The notes under the pieces were generated by a model that was not told the origin of the DNA, did no database searches, and saw only the letters and a program-made list of their open reading frames with translations. A DNA stretch of 63,906 nt, counting the filler, from Folioceros fuciformis (Eukaryota), in assembly GCA_049999805.1 (NCBI GenBank). It is 13 parts of 13 records of this genome, joined end to end, with 100 filler letters (N's around TTAATTAATTAA, not from the genome) between each part and the next. Parts side by side here need not be neighbours in the genome. Positions count along the whole stretch, not along the records: positions 12,413 to 20,762 come from JBNGIO010004848.1; positions 20,863 to 34,740 come from JBNGIO010004849.1; 11 more parts are not named here. One strand, given 5' to 3'. Both the position numbers and the translations under genes were made by a program. Positions within the stretch are counted from its first letter, which is position 1. Each line of letters begins with the position of its first letter. Positions 13,049 through 24,163 of the stretch are shown here, one piece after another.

Positions 13049-13560
13049 CAATGGTTACTTCTCCTATGCCTGACCACTGCACGGATGTTGTCAAAGGGCA
13101 AATTGTTTCCACCGTTAGCCCAATCAGCTAGCCAGAAAAGTACATCCACTGCCTCTATCCACAAACGACTCCAGACGTATGCAGGCTCTTCTCCAGACAG
13201 CTCTGCTAACTCAGCAATCGTGAGACTACCACACCTAAGCCGTGTATAATCAATGGCAGAATTCCTGTCCATCAGAAAAACATCAGCCTATCTCTTAGTG
13301 CTGCCTCTGCAACACCCAACCTTCTCGGATCGCAGCTGTCTCCTGGGTTGGATGGTGGACGATTTCCGCCTCTTCATCCAATCTCCAGCGCGCCACAGTC
13401 TCCTCCAGTACCGTATCTTAGTCCCCAACAAGCGGATTGTTGATGTGGTGAAATCAAGCTGGAAAATTCTCCCAACCTGGCAATGCAACGAACCACAAGA
13501 ACCTCTAGGAGACAAAGACACAGCAGGGACGAAGTATGGCTGTCTATTGGAACAAGACAA
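13048..13560 (-). pseudogene. Extra ORF upstream of gypsy gag, with one internal TAG
   Basis: Track ORFs 13288..13560 and 13048..13272 are in the same frame; the final stop overlaps the gag ATG (TGATG). Confidence 0.4.
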
Positions 13561-13940
13561 ACATCAACAATCCGAGAATCCATGGCTGGGTGCCTACATA
13601 TATAGGCAAAAACCCCCAGGAGTTCTCGATGAAGTGTCCACCCGTATCGATGGTGGGCACTTTATAATCCTACTTTCCTTGATTTATGATTTTTATGTAT
13701 TTTCTAATATCTTCTAATATAAATCTGCTATCTATATATGCGGCATAGCACCGCGCCTTTCATGCACAACCATGCATATAGGTTGCATGCGCCATGACAC
13801 ATCACCTGCCACATGTCCACATACATCACATGTCATCCTTCATCTCCATATGCATGCATACATGGCACACATGCATATATGGCATACATGTCATGTGCAG
13901 GCCATCCATGGGCCATGTACATGACATCATCAAGCACTTC

Positions 13941-14036
13941 AGCATCAGGGCTTATGCCCGAGATGCTCCAGTCAGTATCTAGTCATTTCAGCATTCAGGG
14001 CTTATGCCCAGGATGCTCTAGTCAGTATCCAGTCAT
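13941..14036. repeat. Two tandem ~49-bp units, each forming a hairpin
   Basis: AGCATC-A-GGGC-TTAT-GCCC-GA-GATGCT and its variant at 13990. Confidence 0.8.
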
Positions 14037-14061
14037 AGAGTCTTAGGTGCTCTGTTTCCCA

Positions 14062-14853
14062 TACAGCAACAGCATGACAAGGGCCTCGTGAGTGGTCGTG
14101 GGAGTCTGGCCTGAGGTTGTGAGCGGAGCATGGCAGCGAGTGAGGGTGCGCGGGCTGATTGAGAAACCGTGGAGGTGTGTGTGTGTGAGTACGCCGACGC
14201 GCGTAGAGAAAGGGGTCATGAGGAAAACGGGAGGAGCTAGGGGCGAATGCAGCCAACAGGTCGGTGTGTAGTTGTGCGTGAACTAAGCACCTTCGAGTCC
14301 TGGAGGAGGTAGTGAGTACCCGCGAGTGGATGGAAGGGCATAGGGGGAGGAGTAATCGCGTGTGAGAGAAAGGAGGCCGCGGTGTGTCATGCCTGTCACG
14401 AGGCATAAGCCGGAAAAGTGAGTCGTGGAGTAAGTTGTAGAGAGAGAGAGAGAGAGAAAAGAGAGGGAGAGGGAGAGAGTGGACCCCGCTAGGATAGCCG
14501 ATTGGGCTACCGTCGTGGAAGAGCAACGGGAGTAGTCGAGTGTCGCGGTAGCCATAGAGGCAACCAGAAGTGGTAGTTGGAGTGGCACGCACCCCAGTAG
14601 CCGAGTAAGCCGTCAGGTAACCCAGGGTTAAGGTAGTTGGAGGGGCGACGGTGGAAGTCGAGTTATGGTGAGGTTGAGGTAGCCGAATAGGTGGCAGGTG
14701 AGCGGTAGACTGACCTTGGGTAGTAACTGACTTAGTGAGAAAACCTGTGTTATTTAACACAAATCATTTCCTTGGGATCGAATCCCAATGCTATAACGAC
14801 AGAGGGTTTGTGTGGACCTCGCAGCACCCACAGGTGCAATATTTTCCCCCACA
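14062..14853 (-). mobile_element. 5' LTR of the gypsy-like element (left edge uncertain)
   Basis: Minus strand starts TGTGGGGGAAAATATT and has a CT-rich tract. A degenerate PBS-like TGGGAAACAGAGC lies at 14061-14049. The terminal ~100 nt is highly similar to 19845-19944. Confidence 0.65.
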
Positions 14854-14854
14854 A

Positions 14855-14908
14855 CAGCCAACAACAATTTACTGTGATAACCAATCTGCCCTCTCACTTG
14901 CTTAAAAC
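14855..14908 (+). mobile_element. Copia RNase H remnant at the LTR insertion site
   Basis: Translates to QPTTIYCDNQSALSLA*N. Confidence 0.8.
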
Positions 14909-15868
14909 TTGGAGTTGCCTTTGGAAGGTTGAGATCTTATGAGTGACAAGAGCCTCACGCTCTTCCATCTGATACACCATCCTCATCCAGTGCATGCTAG
15001 TGTGCCTGGCTTCCTGCTCAGCTTGTTTCAGCCACTTCGGAGCACGTCCATAACATGGGCAGAGAGGCGCTGTGTCTGGGAAAACACACCTTGGAGCCTC
15101 AACAATGGCGTCAGCCTAGCGTGGAGCTGGGTTAAGAGCCAGGCAAGCGGCGACGTGAGCAGAAGGCTCCTCAACTGCAGCCAACAGTGCTGGCCCTTGA
15201 GCAGCTAGCTGCATCCTACAGTTGCTGCTCCTTTGCCTTCTTCTTGATAGGTTGTAGAGGAAAAAAACTTTCGACACTCCCATTTTGAGTAACAATGAGC
15301 AGGCTGCGATTTTTTTTGTGAAGGAATTAGCAAATCGGCTTAGTATGTTAATAAGATAGGGGTATTCATACCGGAAGGTGTCCTTGGCCTTTGGGTAGTT
15401 GGGATACCGAAGACCGAGATCTGGAAGTGGGTGAGCGAGGGTGTCCTTAGCCCTTGGTGGTTCGAGGACACTTAGGTGTTTATATATGCACCCCCCCCCC
15501 TGGAAAATAAGGAATAGAAATAAGTAGGGAAGGGGGCTAGCTAGTTGTGGACTTAGGCAAAAAAAGGATGGGTTGAGGTGATTGGGCAACGGTAGCCAGC
15601 GGGGCAACCGTCACGGAAGGGCGACTGGTGGTAGTCCAACTGGCGGTAGTGAGAGAAAAAAACGGCCAGTTTAAAAACCCTAAGGGGAAGTTGGGAGGGG
15701 AACTAAGTCAGTATTCGAAACGTGAGCGGAAGTAACCCGGGAGTGTGACGGCGGCTGGAAGGGAAGTAGACGTTGAGGCAACAGGATGGGCCGAGGTGAG
15801 TAGTGAGCGCTCAGCGAGAGAGGAGGGAACCACAAAAGCCGGAGTGCGAGGAGGAGGAGGTTGTCAAG

Positions 15869-18425
15869 ATGAGGTCGTGCCCTGAACTGTTGCCTGGAGT
15901 GACGATACCCGAGCAGGAGGGGGAACCTCCTGTTCCCCGGATCGACTTGCTCCTGTGGCCCAACATGGAGCACTGGTGGGTCAGGGCAGGAGGGCTAGCG
16001 GGCGAGTTGGGTCTAGGTTTCATGACCCAGAAGTGGAACCACGCAGCGCCACAGTTGGTCAGGCAGTGCGCCTTGAGGTTGAGGGAGCCTGTCCGTGAGG
16101 AGGGGATTAGAGGCAAACCGCAGGAGTGGAACCTGGAGCTAGTGAGGAGGGTGTATGGCCGTGACCAGCGAGAAGAGGGAGGACTGGTGCTGGAGTCCCT
16201 GAGGAAACAGGGAGGCATAGCAGACGCTGAAGGACTGCTCAAACCAGGCACGAAGAAGGAGGCTAACGGGTGGTTGGTTTGCGACATGGCGAGCCTGCAA
16301 CCGATGGGTCTGGCTAGGTGGTTTCTTAGTTTTCTCCAGGTTTGCAAACAGGATTATCTGTCTGACCAGATGTTCCTGTTTGTGCATGAGGTAGTGAAGG
16401 GGACTAGGATTGATTGGGGAAGAATTTTGTATGCCAGGATGGACGAGGAGAGGCAGAATCTGACCCTGCCCTCTCCTCAGCCCTCGATGATTTCCCCGTT
16501 TCTAGTTCATATTTATAGCTATGCTAACCTGGTGTCGGAACTGGAGGTGTTGGCCTCACTGCACATGTGGAGGCCAATTAGGGATGTAAAATGGAAGCCT
16601 GCTGAGCCAGTGAAGGCCAACTCCCGCAGTTGGGAGTCCGGGAGTGGGGACAGCTCAGAAGAGGAGGTTCCCGTCAGGCCTAAGAAGAGGACAGCAACTC
16701 AGAGGAAGACCCCTGCCAAGAGGAGACGGGTCAGCGGACAGAGCACGAGAGGAGGAAGTAGGCCGGAGACACCGGAGACAGCCATGGAGCGAACTAAAGG
16801 TCAGACAGAAGAGCGGGCTGTACAAGAACAGGAGGCAGAACAGGAGCTTGCTGACCAGGGAGTCATGGACCAAGGACTAGAGGAGCAGGGGCAGGATGAA
16901 GCAAGGCTGGAGGAGCCTCAAGAGCAGACGTTAGCCGCCGAGATAATTCCTCCCAGGCATGAGAGCGAATTAGGGCACGTTTCGGCGCAAAGAGCTTTTT
17001 CAGGATGGGAGGAAATCTTCAGGAGCGTTCCTCAGAAGGACAGGCTGCGGGTGGGAGACCTGGAGAAGCTGAGGGAGTTTTTGGGCAGGCAGATTACGGC
17101 GAGAGGAATGACTACTGGAGAAACGCAGGAGGTGGATCTGCCAGGGCTGACTCCCGTGATGGTGCAGGCCCAAGCAGATCTCCTGGACCAGGCTGCTAGG
17201 GCACTGACCTGGCTGAGTGTGCAGGCGGAACGGGAAGCCGAGGCCCGAGGAAAGGAAGCAGAGGTGCGCAAGTGGGAGGCTGAAGCCCGGAGGCTGCTGG
17301 CAGAATCGGAGTCGGCGGCAGCTGCTGGAGGAGAGACAGCGGGTCCTGGATAAGAAAAGGGCATAGACTGAGGAAGAGGCATGCCAGGCGAAGGCCGAGG
17401 TCCAAGCGCTAAGGGAGCAAAAGGGGACCCTACTAGCACAAGTGAGGGAGGCCCATGAGACTAACTTGGAGATGCAATAGGAGATGGCCAAGGCGTAGGA
17501 GCTGTAGATAGCAGCCATGGAACAGGCCCAAAAGCTAGTTGACAGGTACAAGCGGGAGCGAGACGAAGCCAGAGAGAGAGTGAAGGGGAAGGGTAATGCT
17601 TGGCGCCCAAGTCAAACGGCGACCCCGGTAGCTGACGGGGCTACCGGTAGTCAAGCAAGGGAACTCGTAGTCGAGGGGACTACCGGTAGCCGAGTAGTCA
17701 ACAGGGCTACCAGTAGCCCGGCGGAGCCCAGAGTAGCTGAAGGACCAGCCCTGGGGACCAAGGAAGAAATAGCGGAGGCGCCTGTGCCTAAGCGCTCTAG
17801 GAGATTGACCCGCACCAGAAAGACAGAGTCGGAGGAGGCAACAACTGGACGGATGGAGGACCTTCAGGTAACCCAGAAAGATGGGGAGCAGACAGCCCTA
17901 GGTAGCCAAAGGGAGGATGGGGTAAGCACCTCCTTTATGACAGAAGGTCAGGTTGTGCTGCATTATGAGGAGGAGGCCTCCTATGTGCTAGGTCTTTATG
18001 TGGAAGGGGCCAGAGTTCTTAAACTATTTCTGTATGTACGTATGGGCACAAGAGGGACGTGGGGCTACGGCCTGCAACTGAGGACCCGCAAGGGACTCTA
18101 CCGTTACAGCTGGTGGATGACAGGCCTGCCCCATTGCTACGTGGAGGCAGTCCTGGAGGAGCTGACGGAAGAAGAGGCCCAATGATGGGTAGAACGGGAG
18201 CCTGTTGCCATTCTTAGTAACCAGAGGAGGAGGGGGGACAGTGGTTCTCAGCGGCAGGACCCACCTGCGCCGCCGCCAGAAAGGTCCAGCAGCAGTAGTG
18301 ACGTAGAGGTCCTGTGGGAAGATCTACCCGATCAGCGGAGGGGCAGAAGAGCAAGAGGAGGACCAGTGAGAGGAGGCGCGCGAAGACCAGGGGGAAGGCG
18401 CCAGCGGCGTGGAGAGAGGCGATAG
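15869..18425 (+). pseudogene. Retrotransposon accessory ORF (plant transposon-protein-like N-terminal domain, NLS-like basic runs, coiled coil); ancestral length ~850 codons
   Basis: NGW..RIDWGRILY..ISPFLVHIY motif. A frameshift near 17310 and four TAG stops bridge it to ORF 17517..18185, and one TGA extends it to TAGTAA at 18423. Confidence 0.65.
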
Positions 18426-18783
18426 TAATTGCAGGCTAGAATAGTGTTTTTTTAGAATGCTTTTACTTGGACCTAAGCCGCTCGGAATTTAAGAGCGCCG
18501 ACTGACCCCTGACAGACCGCCACCACCGTGTATAAGAGGCCGGTTTGAGGCCTTGGAAAATTAGCAAAAATCAGCCCAACCACCCAACCTTGCAGGAGTC
18601 TAGCGATGGCCGTTGCTGGACAGGAGGTCTAAGCAAGTGAGCACACGTAGCAATCTGGGGGTGTGGGTGCAGGTGGTGGACGCTCCGTGATCGAGCCAGG
18701 GGACGAATCGGGAGGTGGAACCTCGCCGAGTGGGAGACGAGCTCCCCAGCTATCCTCGGGGCGATCACGTGGAGTGGTGAAGA

Positions 18784-19944
18784 TGTCGGAGCCGAATCCG
18801 CGAGTTCGGAGTGGAAGTGGGTATCCCTTCCGTTAGCCCCGGTGTTTCAGCATTCCTTAATTCCAAAAAAGAAGGTCCGAAGGGGCAGGACTGAGTGTGA
18901 AGTCGAGAAAATGTGAACAAGTGAAGAAGTGAGATCAAGAGAGATAGCAAGTGTGAGTGCGTGACGTTGAACGGTCATCAGGACAGGACCGCGCGACTAG
19001 GGGTGTGTATGTGAGAAGTGAAGAGTGGTGGCAGAAATACGAGATGGCTGCATGGTGGAAGCCGCTGAGACCCATGTGAGGGAGGAGTGGACTGGAGACT
19101 ATAATTAAAAAGGGGAATTTTGGAGGCATTGCGGAGAGGGTGCTGTGAACCAAGGGCGAGTGCCCGGAGTGTGAGGGAAAGAGGAACCATGAAAGAGGAG
19201 TCGTTGAGTCAAAGAGATCGAGCGCCGACAAGACCCTGGCGCGTGTGTAACTGAAAGACAATTGAGAGCAAAACGGCCTCGGTTTGGGCTTGGGTTACGT
19301 GAATAGATTGGGGACTGTACTGCCAAAGGTCCCTTCACGACTTTCTGAGTGCAGATGTGTGCATGACGAACGCTGGTGTGTTTCAGTCGAGGCGCTGGAG
19401 GGCTGGCGAGTAAGGACGGAGGTTTGTGAGTTCGTAGGTGAGCGCGACTGGAGGTAAGTTGCTGGCGGTTGGGAAGGCAAGGATTGGTAAAGTAAGTATT
19501 AGAGGGTAAACCCAGGTTAGAGGAGAGAGGGAGAGACTTAGAGAGAGAGAGAAGGAGAGAGAAAGTGGGACCCACTGAGGTAGCCGGAGGGGCGACCGTT
19601 ACCCGGAGGGGAACGAGAATTGTTCGGAGGGAAACGGGGGTAGTCCTGAGCAGAAGTAGTCGTAGGGGTGACGAAGTGATCGAGGTGATTGAAAGAGTAG
19701 CAAGGGCTGGGGTATTTAAGGAGACAGGAAGGGTAGAGGCATCCGGGTGTGACTTGGGTAGCTGGGACGTGAGGAAGCGAGGGTCCTGAGGGGCTAGGTA
19801 CCCCTTAGGAAGCAACTGATTTTGAGAGAGAACTTGTGTAGTTTGACACAAATCATTCCCTTGGGATCGAATCCCAATGCTATAACAACAAAGAGGGTTT
19901 GTGTGGACCTCGCGGTACCCCCGGGTACAATATTTCACCCCACA
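18784..19944 (-). mobile_element. LTR of the TGTGG family (left edge uncertain)
   Basis: Minus strand starts TGTGGGGTGAAATATT, with TATA-like CTTAAATAC at ~19715 and then a CT-rich tract. Confidence 0.6.
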
Positions 19945-21320
19945 CAAGTTCAAGCTTCGTATTGCGGCGTGCTTCACCCTCGTCTTTAGAGTTAACGACT
20001 AGAAGTGGCTGGCACACAGTCCCTAACATGGCTCTGCTGTGCACCATCTCCTCAAGCATTGGCGTCTCAGGTGCTCTTAGGTTGCTTCAATGGCAGGTGC
20101 TTAACGTTCTGGCTCTGGGATTTTGAGGTAGGTGACTTGAAGGCGGCATGCGAGAGTGGGAGCTGAAACGCACATGTGTGTTCCCATTTTCTTGCTGTTC
20201 TCATGTTATGTATACACAGTATGTTCAATGCGTTTAGCATGCTTATACAACTAAGAAGTATGCAATGAGTGGGAGTGTTAAATAAATAAACATTAGTTAT
20301 TAGTAGATTGCCTGTACTCTTAGGTTTACGCCTTAGGTAGTTATGTTGTTTGTAGCTGTTACAACTGCTTGTGCCAATGGCATATGTATATTGAACTTTG
20401 TTCTTCACTAGACAACTCTTTGTGTGCATGATAAAGTTTTAGGAGGAACCGCACAGAGTGCAGCCAGCCAAGAGTTCAAACTACATGGTTCAGAGCCAGT
20501 CAAACTACATGGTTCAGAGTGTGTGCAGTTGCTTAAGGAGAGGTTGCAAACATGTCAGAGTTGTGAGTGAAATGCATTGAGCACAACAATGTGAACCGCC
20601 CATTGTGATGGAAGCAATGTTGACTTGAGAGCTGTTGTGAGCAAACCCAAAGCATATTTGGGCTAACTAGAAGCGGTGAAGCCTGGACATTGTGTGGGGC
20701 AATGAACTTGGTGGAACAAACAGATCTAGAGAAAGGCAGAAGGGGGGGGGGGGTGTGGTTGCNNNNNNNNNNNNNNNNNNNNNNNNNNNNNNNNNNNNNN
20801 NNNNNNTTAATTAATTAANNNNNNNNNNNNNNNNNNNNNNNNNNNNNNNNNNNNNNNNNNNNGGGTATGCTGAGAAGCTAGATTTGACGTTTACACACTC
20901 CAAATGTGATCCTCTGGTGGTGACGAAGAATTGCCGCATGTGAAGCCATTGCCAACTCGAGGAGGGACAATGGTGCAATGGATCGGTACCACGCGCATGG
21001 ATCAGCAATTGATGCTGCAGTTGTAAAGACCGACCTCGAGTGAAAGTGAGTGAAAGTGTTGATGTTAATTTCAATCGTCCACCTCTGACTAACACTAGGA
21101 CACTCCCGTGTCAAGTCCCTCTACAAACACTAACGGCAGTACATGCTCCTAAGCTAACGGGTTCACACAACAAGCCCGTCCTGTCCACATATTTAAGCTA
21201 TCGGCAAAGATTTGCCCCAACAGGTCCAGAGCAAAACGTTACAAGATTACTGCCATTGCTGCTGCTGTCCAAACCACTTTCCGAGTACAGTTGATCCAGT
21301 TTTTGACGTCGTCCAGCTGT

Positions 21321-22695
21321 CTAAATTCTTGCATCATGGCGACCCATTCCAAATCTTGCTCGAAATCGGTATTCGTGCTCTTAAGAGACTGCGTAGACGT
21401 AGAAGGTAACGGCTTCCTTCTGGAATTTTTGAAGCTTGAACTCGAAGCAGCCAGGCCGTCCTTCGATACAGCGGTCGTTTATCTCCTCGTTGGGGAGCAG
21501 GTCAGGCCAGCTGCTCAGAGCCGTCTCCGCATCCGCTTGGTTGCTGAACATGAACAACACTTGATTGCGCTTGCTAGTGGCCAAACCCATGGTGGCTGTG
21601 GACCATACTGTCTGGAATTCAGTGGACTCAATTGTCTGGGCGTAGGTCACGATTTGGGTTTGCGCGTTGTACTCCCTCTTCATGCTGTACCTGCGCTGCG
21701 CAATCTGGCGGCCGAAGTTCATCTTTTCCACCTCCTTTCCGCTCTTCCACTGCCCATCCTGGTACTACTGACCCACGCCGTGGGCCATTAGGATATTCCA
21801 ACCGAAGCTCTGGGAGGTGGTGACATGGGCCGAGGGTAGCCTATGATCGGGAACCGCATTCCAGGGGATTATGAGCGATAGAAGCGAGTGCCTATCCACC
21901 CACAGGTGCACTTGCTCCCGTATCCCGCCTTTCTTTTTCATCGACGACTTGTCCAAAAAGTAGCTCACGTAGCCTTGGTTGATGAAATAGCCCCCGTTGA
22001 GGTAGAGATGCGGCGTCCACTCGGCCGTGGTCGAGGCATGTCGGCTGACCGTCGTCAGCATAGGCCCCCCCAAGCTGGATACGAGTGGGCTCAACAGCTT
22101 GTGCGTCCCCACAAGAATGACCTTGCACGCGGCTTCCAGCTGGCGCAGCACTTCGGTGTTCCCGACCCAGGCGAAGGTGGCGAATTCGAATGGCGGGTTG
22201 TAGAGATGGGCCTCCACCGGCTTGTTCCTCTCCTCCAGGCCCTTGGCTACCAGCAGCGCCAGAGCTGCGCCCAGGGAGTGGCCCGTGATCCACACATTGT
22301 GATGCCCGAACTTGTGCACCAGGCGTTCAGCCACCCCCTTGAGATGGAGGTAGCGCTTGTCTTCGTGCAGGAACTGTCCGATTAGCTTGAGGTTGGATTT
22401 TAGGTCTTGCCAGTCCCACTTTTTGGTCCCCTTCACAGCGATGACAAATGTAGGCGCGTTTTGGTGCCTGGTGGAGGAGGACTCCAGTTTCTTGAAGACG
22501 GCGTACCATATCCCTTCGCCCCCGGGGGCTTCGACAGTTATACCCAGCTCCTCCAGACTTGCCTTTTCGTACCCAAGCGAAATGGACTGGAATTTTTCCG
22601 GCGAGCTCTGCTTCTCCATTTCGTAGACATCTTCGATCAACTAGGCCATCACCTTTGGCAGCTTCACCATTAACTCCTCATCAGCTGCGCGATCC
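21321..22695 (-). pseudogene. Class-3 lipase (alpha/beta hydrolase, At4g10955-like) with a C-terminal extension and nonsense mutations
   Basis: VMA*LIEDVYE, FVIAVKGT, VWITGHSLGAALA, HLYNPPF, WTPHLY, LPSA, AHGVGQ*Y. Probable splice acceptor CAG at 22698-22696. Stops at 22641 and 21765; the end is either 21381 or 21321. Confidence 0.85.
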
Positions 22696-22998
22696 CTGCG
22701 AGCTCAAGATAAAGAGGCCACGGGTGAGTTCAGGTACTACAAGTACATCAATTGTCAAAGCAAAAACTAGAAGTTTCTGGCCTCAGCTGCCCATGGGCCT
22801 AGCCTGCCGCCTGCTGCTAGTCGTAGGCATCAATTGATGAATCCTGACTTCAGCTAAAACTTATCACATTAGCCTGTATATGTAGCCTGTAGGTGCTTGC
22901 AATCAAAAGGCTAGCTAAGGATCCATGTATTCAGAATACATGTGTTACCTTGTACTAGTACTACCCAAAATTTGTAGACCATTCCCCGTCAGTAGAGC

Positions 22999-23515
22999 TA
23001 ACGGGGAATTGTTCACGCGCAATTGCAGAGTGTCCATGGCTGGCTGGCTCAAACGCGCAACAATCAAGAGCTAGCTGGCTAGCTATTTGGCTCGCTTGTA
23101 CCGTGGTGGGGAACTGTCGTGGGAAAGCGTCCTGACCACATTCAGACCGTGCTACTTGCCGTGACTTCGAAGGGAAGCGGTCCACTGGGACTTCGACCCT
23201 GCTACTTGCCAGTGGTGAGGGCGGGGCCGGGCTACATTATTGTATCCTGGAAAGGGGGTGGAATCGAATTTTTTGCGATTACACTGCACTGGGATTCCTC
23301 GAAATCATATGAAGGTGCCGTTCATGGTGCCGTGGAAACGGGGTATGAGGACTGCCTCATCGCTCATTCATTGGTAGGTGGTACATCGCAGATAACACTT
23401 GGTGGCTGGGCATCTTGATTTTCCACTTGTGCACGCCGTTGAGCGCAGCATGATGTCCATCTTGAAACAGTAGACGACGTCTGAGCGCCGTGTGGTCAAT
23501 CCATCCCAGCTCCTC
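22999..23515. repeat. ~520-bp dispersed direct repeat, copy 1
   Basis: Nearly identical to 27476-28001. Confidence 0.93.
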
Positions 23516-23654
23516 CGACACTGTAAAGTACTCTTCTTGGGCAAGGACGCTCTGCAGATAGAAAGGCCTCAGACTCCACGTCTGCGAGCAGGTCGCCCAA
23601 ATCACAAATCAGGCAGAAGGATCAACAGTCCCTCACCAGCACAATGAATACTTT

Positions 23655-23961
23655 TGTTAGAAATGAATGGTTTAGGGCAAAACATGAAAAATAATAATTG
23701 TTCTAAATTAACAGTTAAAGATTTTTGCTGTATTAGAGAGTGGTAGAAAAACTTTAATTGTAGTCTAAGCAAGTTTATTAATATAGATTTATTAATATAG
23801 AATAGATAGTGTCTAGAATAGTAACACTATGACCCTCAAGTATATAAGGGGTCATGGCCACTGCTTATAGTGTAGTTGTGAATAGATAAGCATCAGTGTT
23901 TGAGATGATTGAGCTTAGACCTATTGTTCACACTCCCGTGTTTTGTTAAATATTTCAAACA
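23655..23961 (+). mobile_element. Copia 5' LTR (~307 bp)
   Basis: TGTT...AACA termini, TATATAAG at 23841, immediately followed by a PBS. Confidence 0.85.
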
Positions 23962-23974
23962 TGGTATCAGAGCC
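23962..23974 (+). promoter_or_regulatory. Primer binding site for tRNA-iMet
   Basis: TGGTATCAGAGCC. Confidence 0.93.
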
Positions 23975-24163
23975 CATGTTTTGGTCCCAAGTTCCTTGGT
24001 TTGGGAGCCGCCTGCATTGACTTGTGTAGTCCCTATCCTTGCTTCCTTTGTGTTGTGTACAGGGCCACGCAGACTATGTGTTTGTTGTAAGACCTTGTGA
24101 AAGGTAGTGAAACTTGGTGATAGTGCTGGGAAGTCATCTTGTTTGGCCGCAAAGGACGGGAAC

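Noticed and set aside
14772..14788. tRNA gene at the T-arm-like hairpin
   Set aside because: No acceptor, D or anticodon arms could be traced; kept only as an LTR motif.
14062..19944. The two TGTGGGG LTRs as the paired LTRs of one element
   Set aside because: They are similar only over the terminal ~100 nt, and the left one is abutted by a copia RNase H remnant rather than a PPT.
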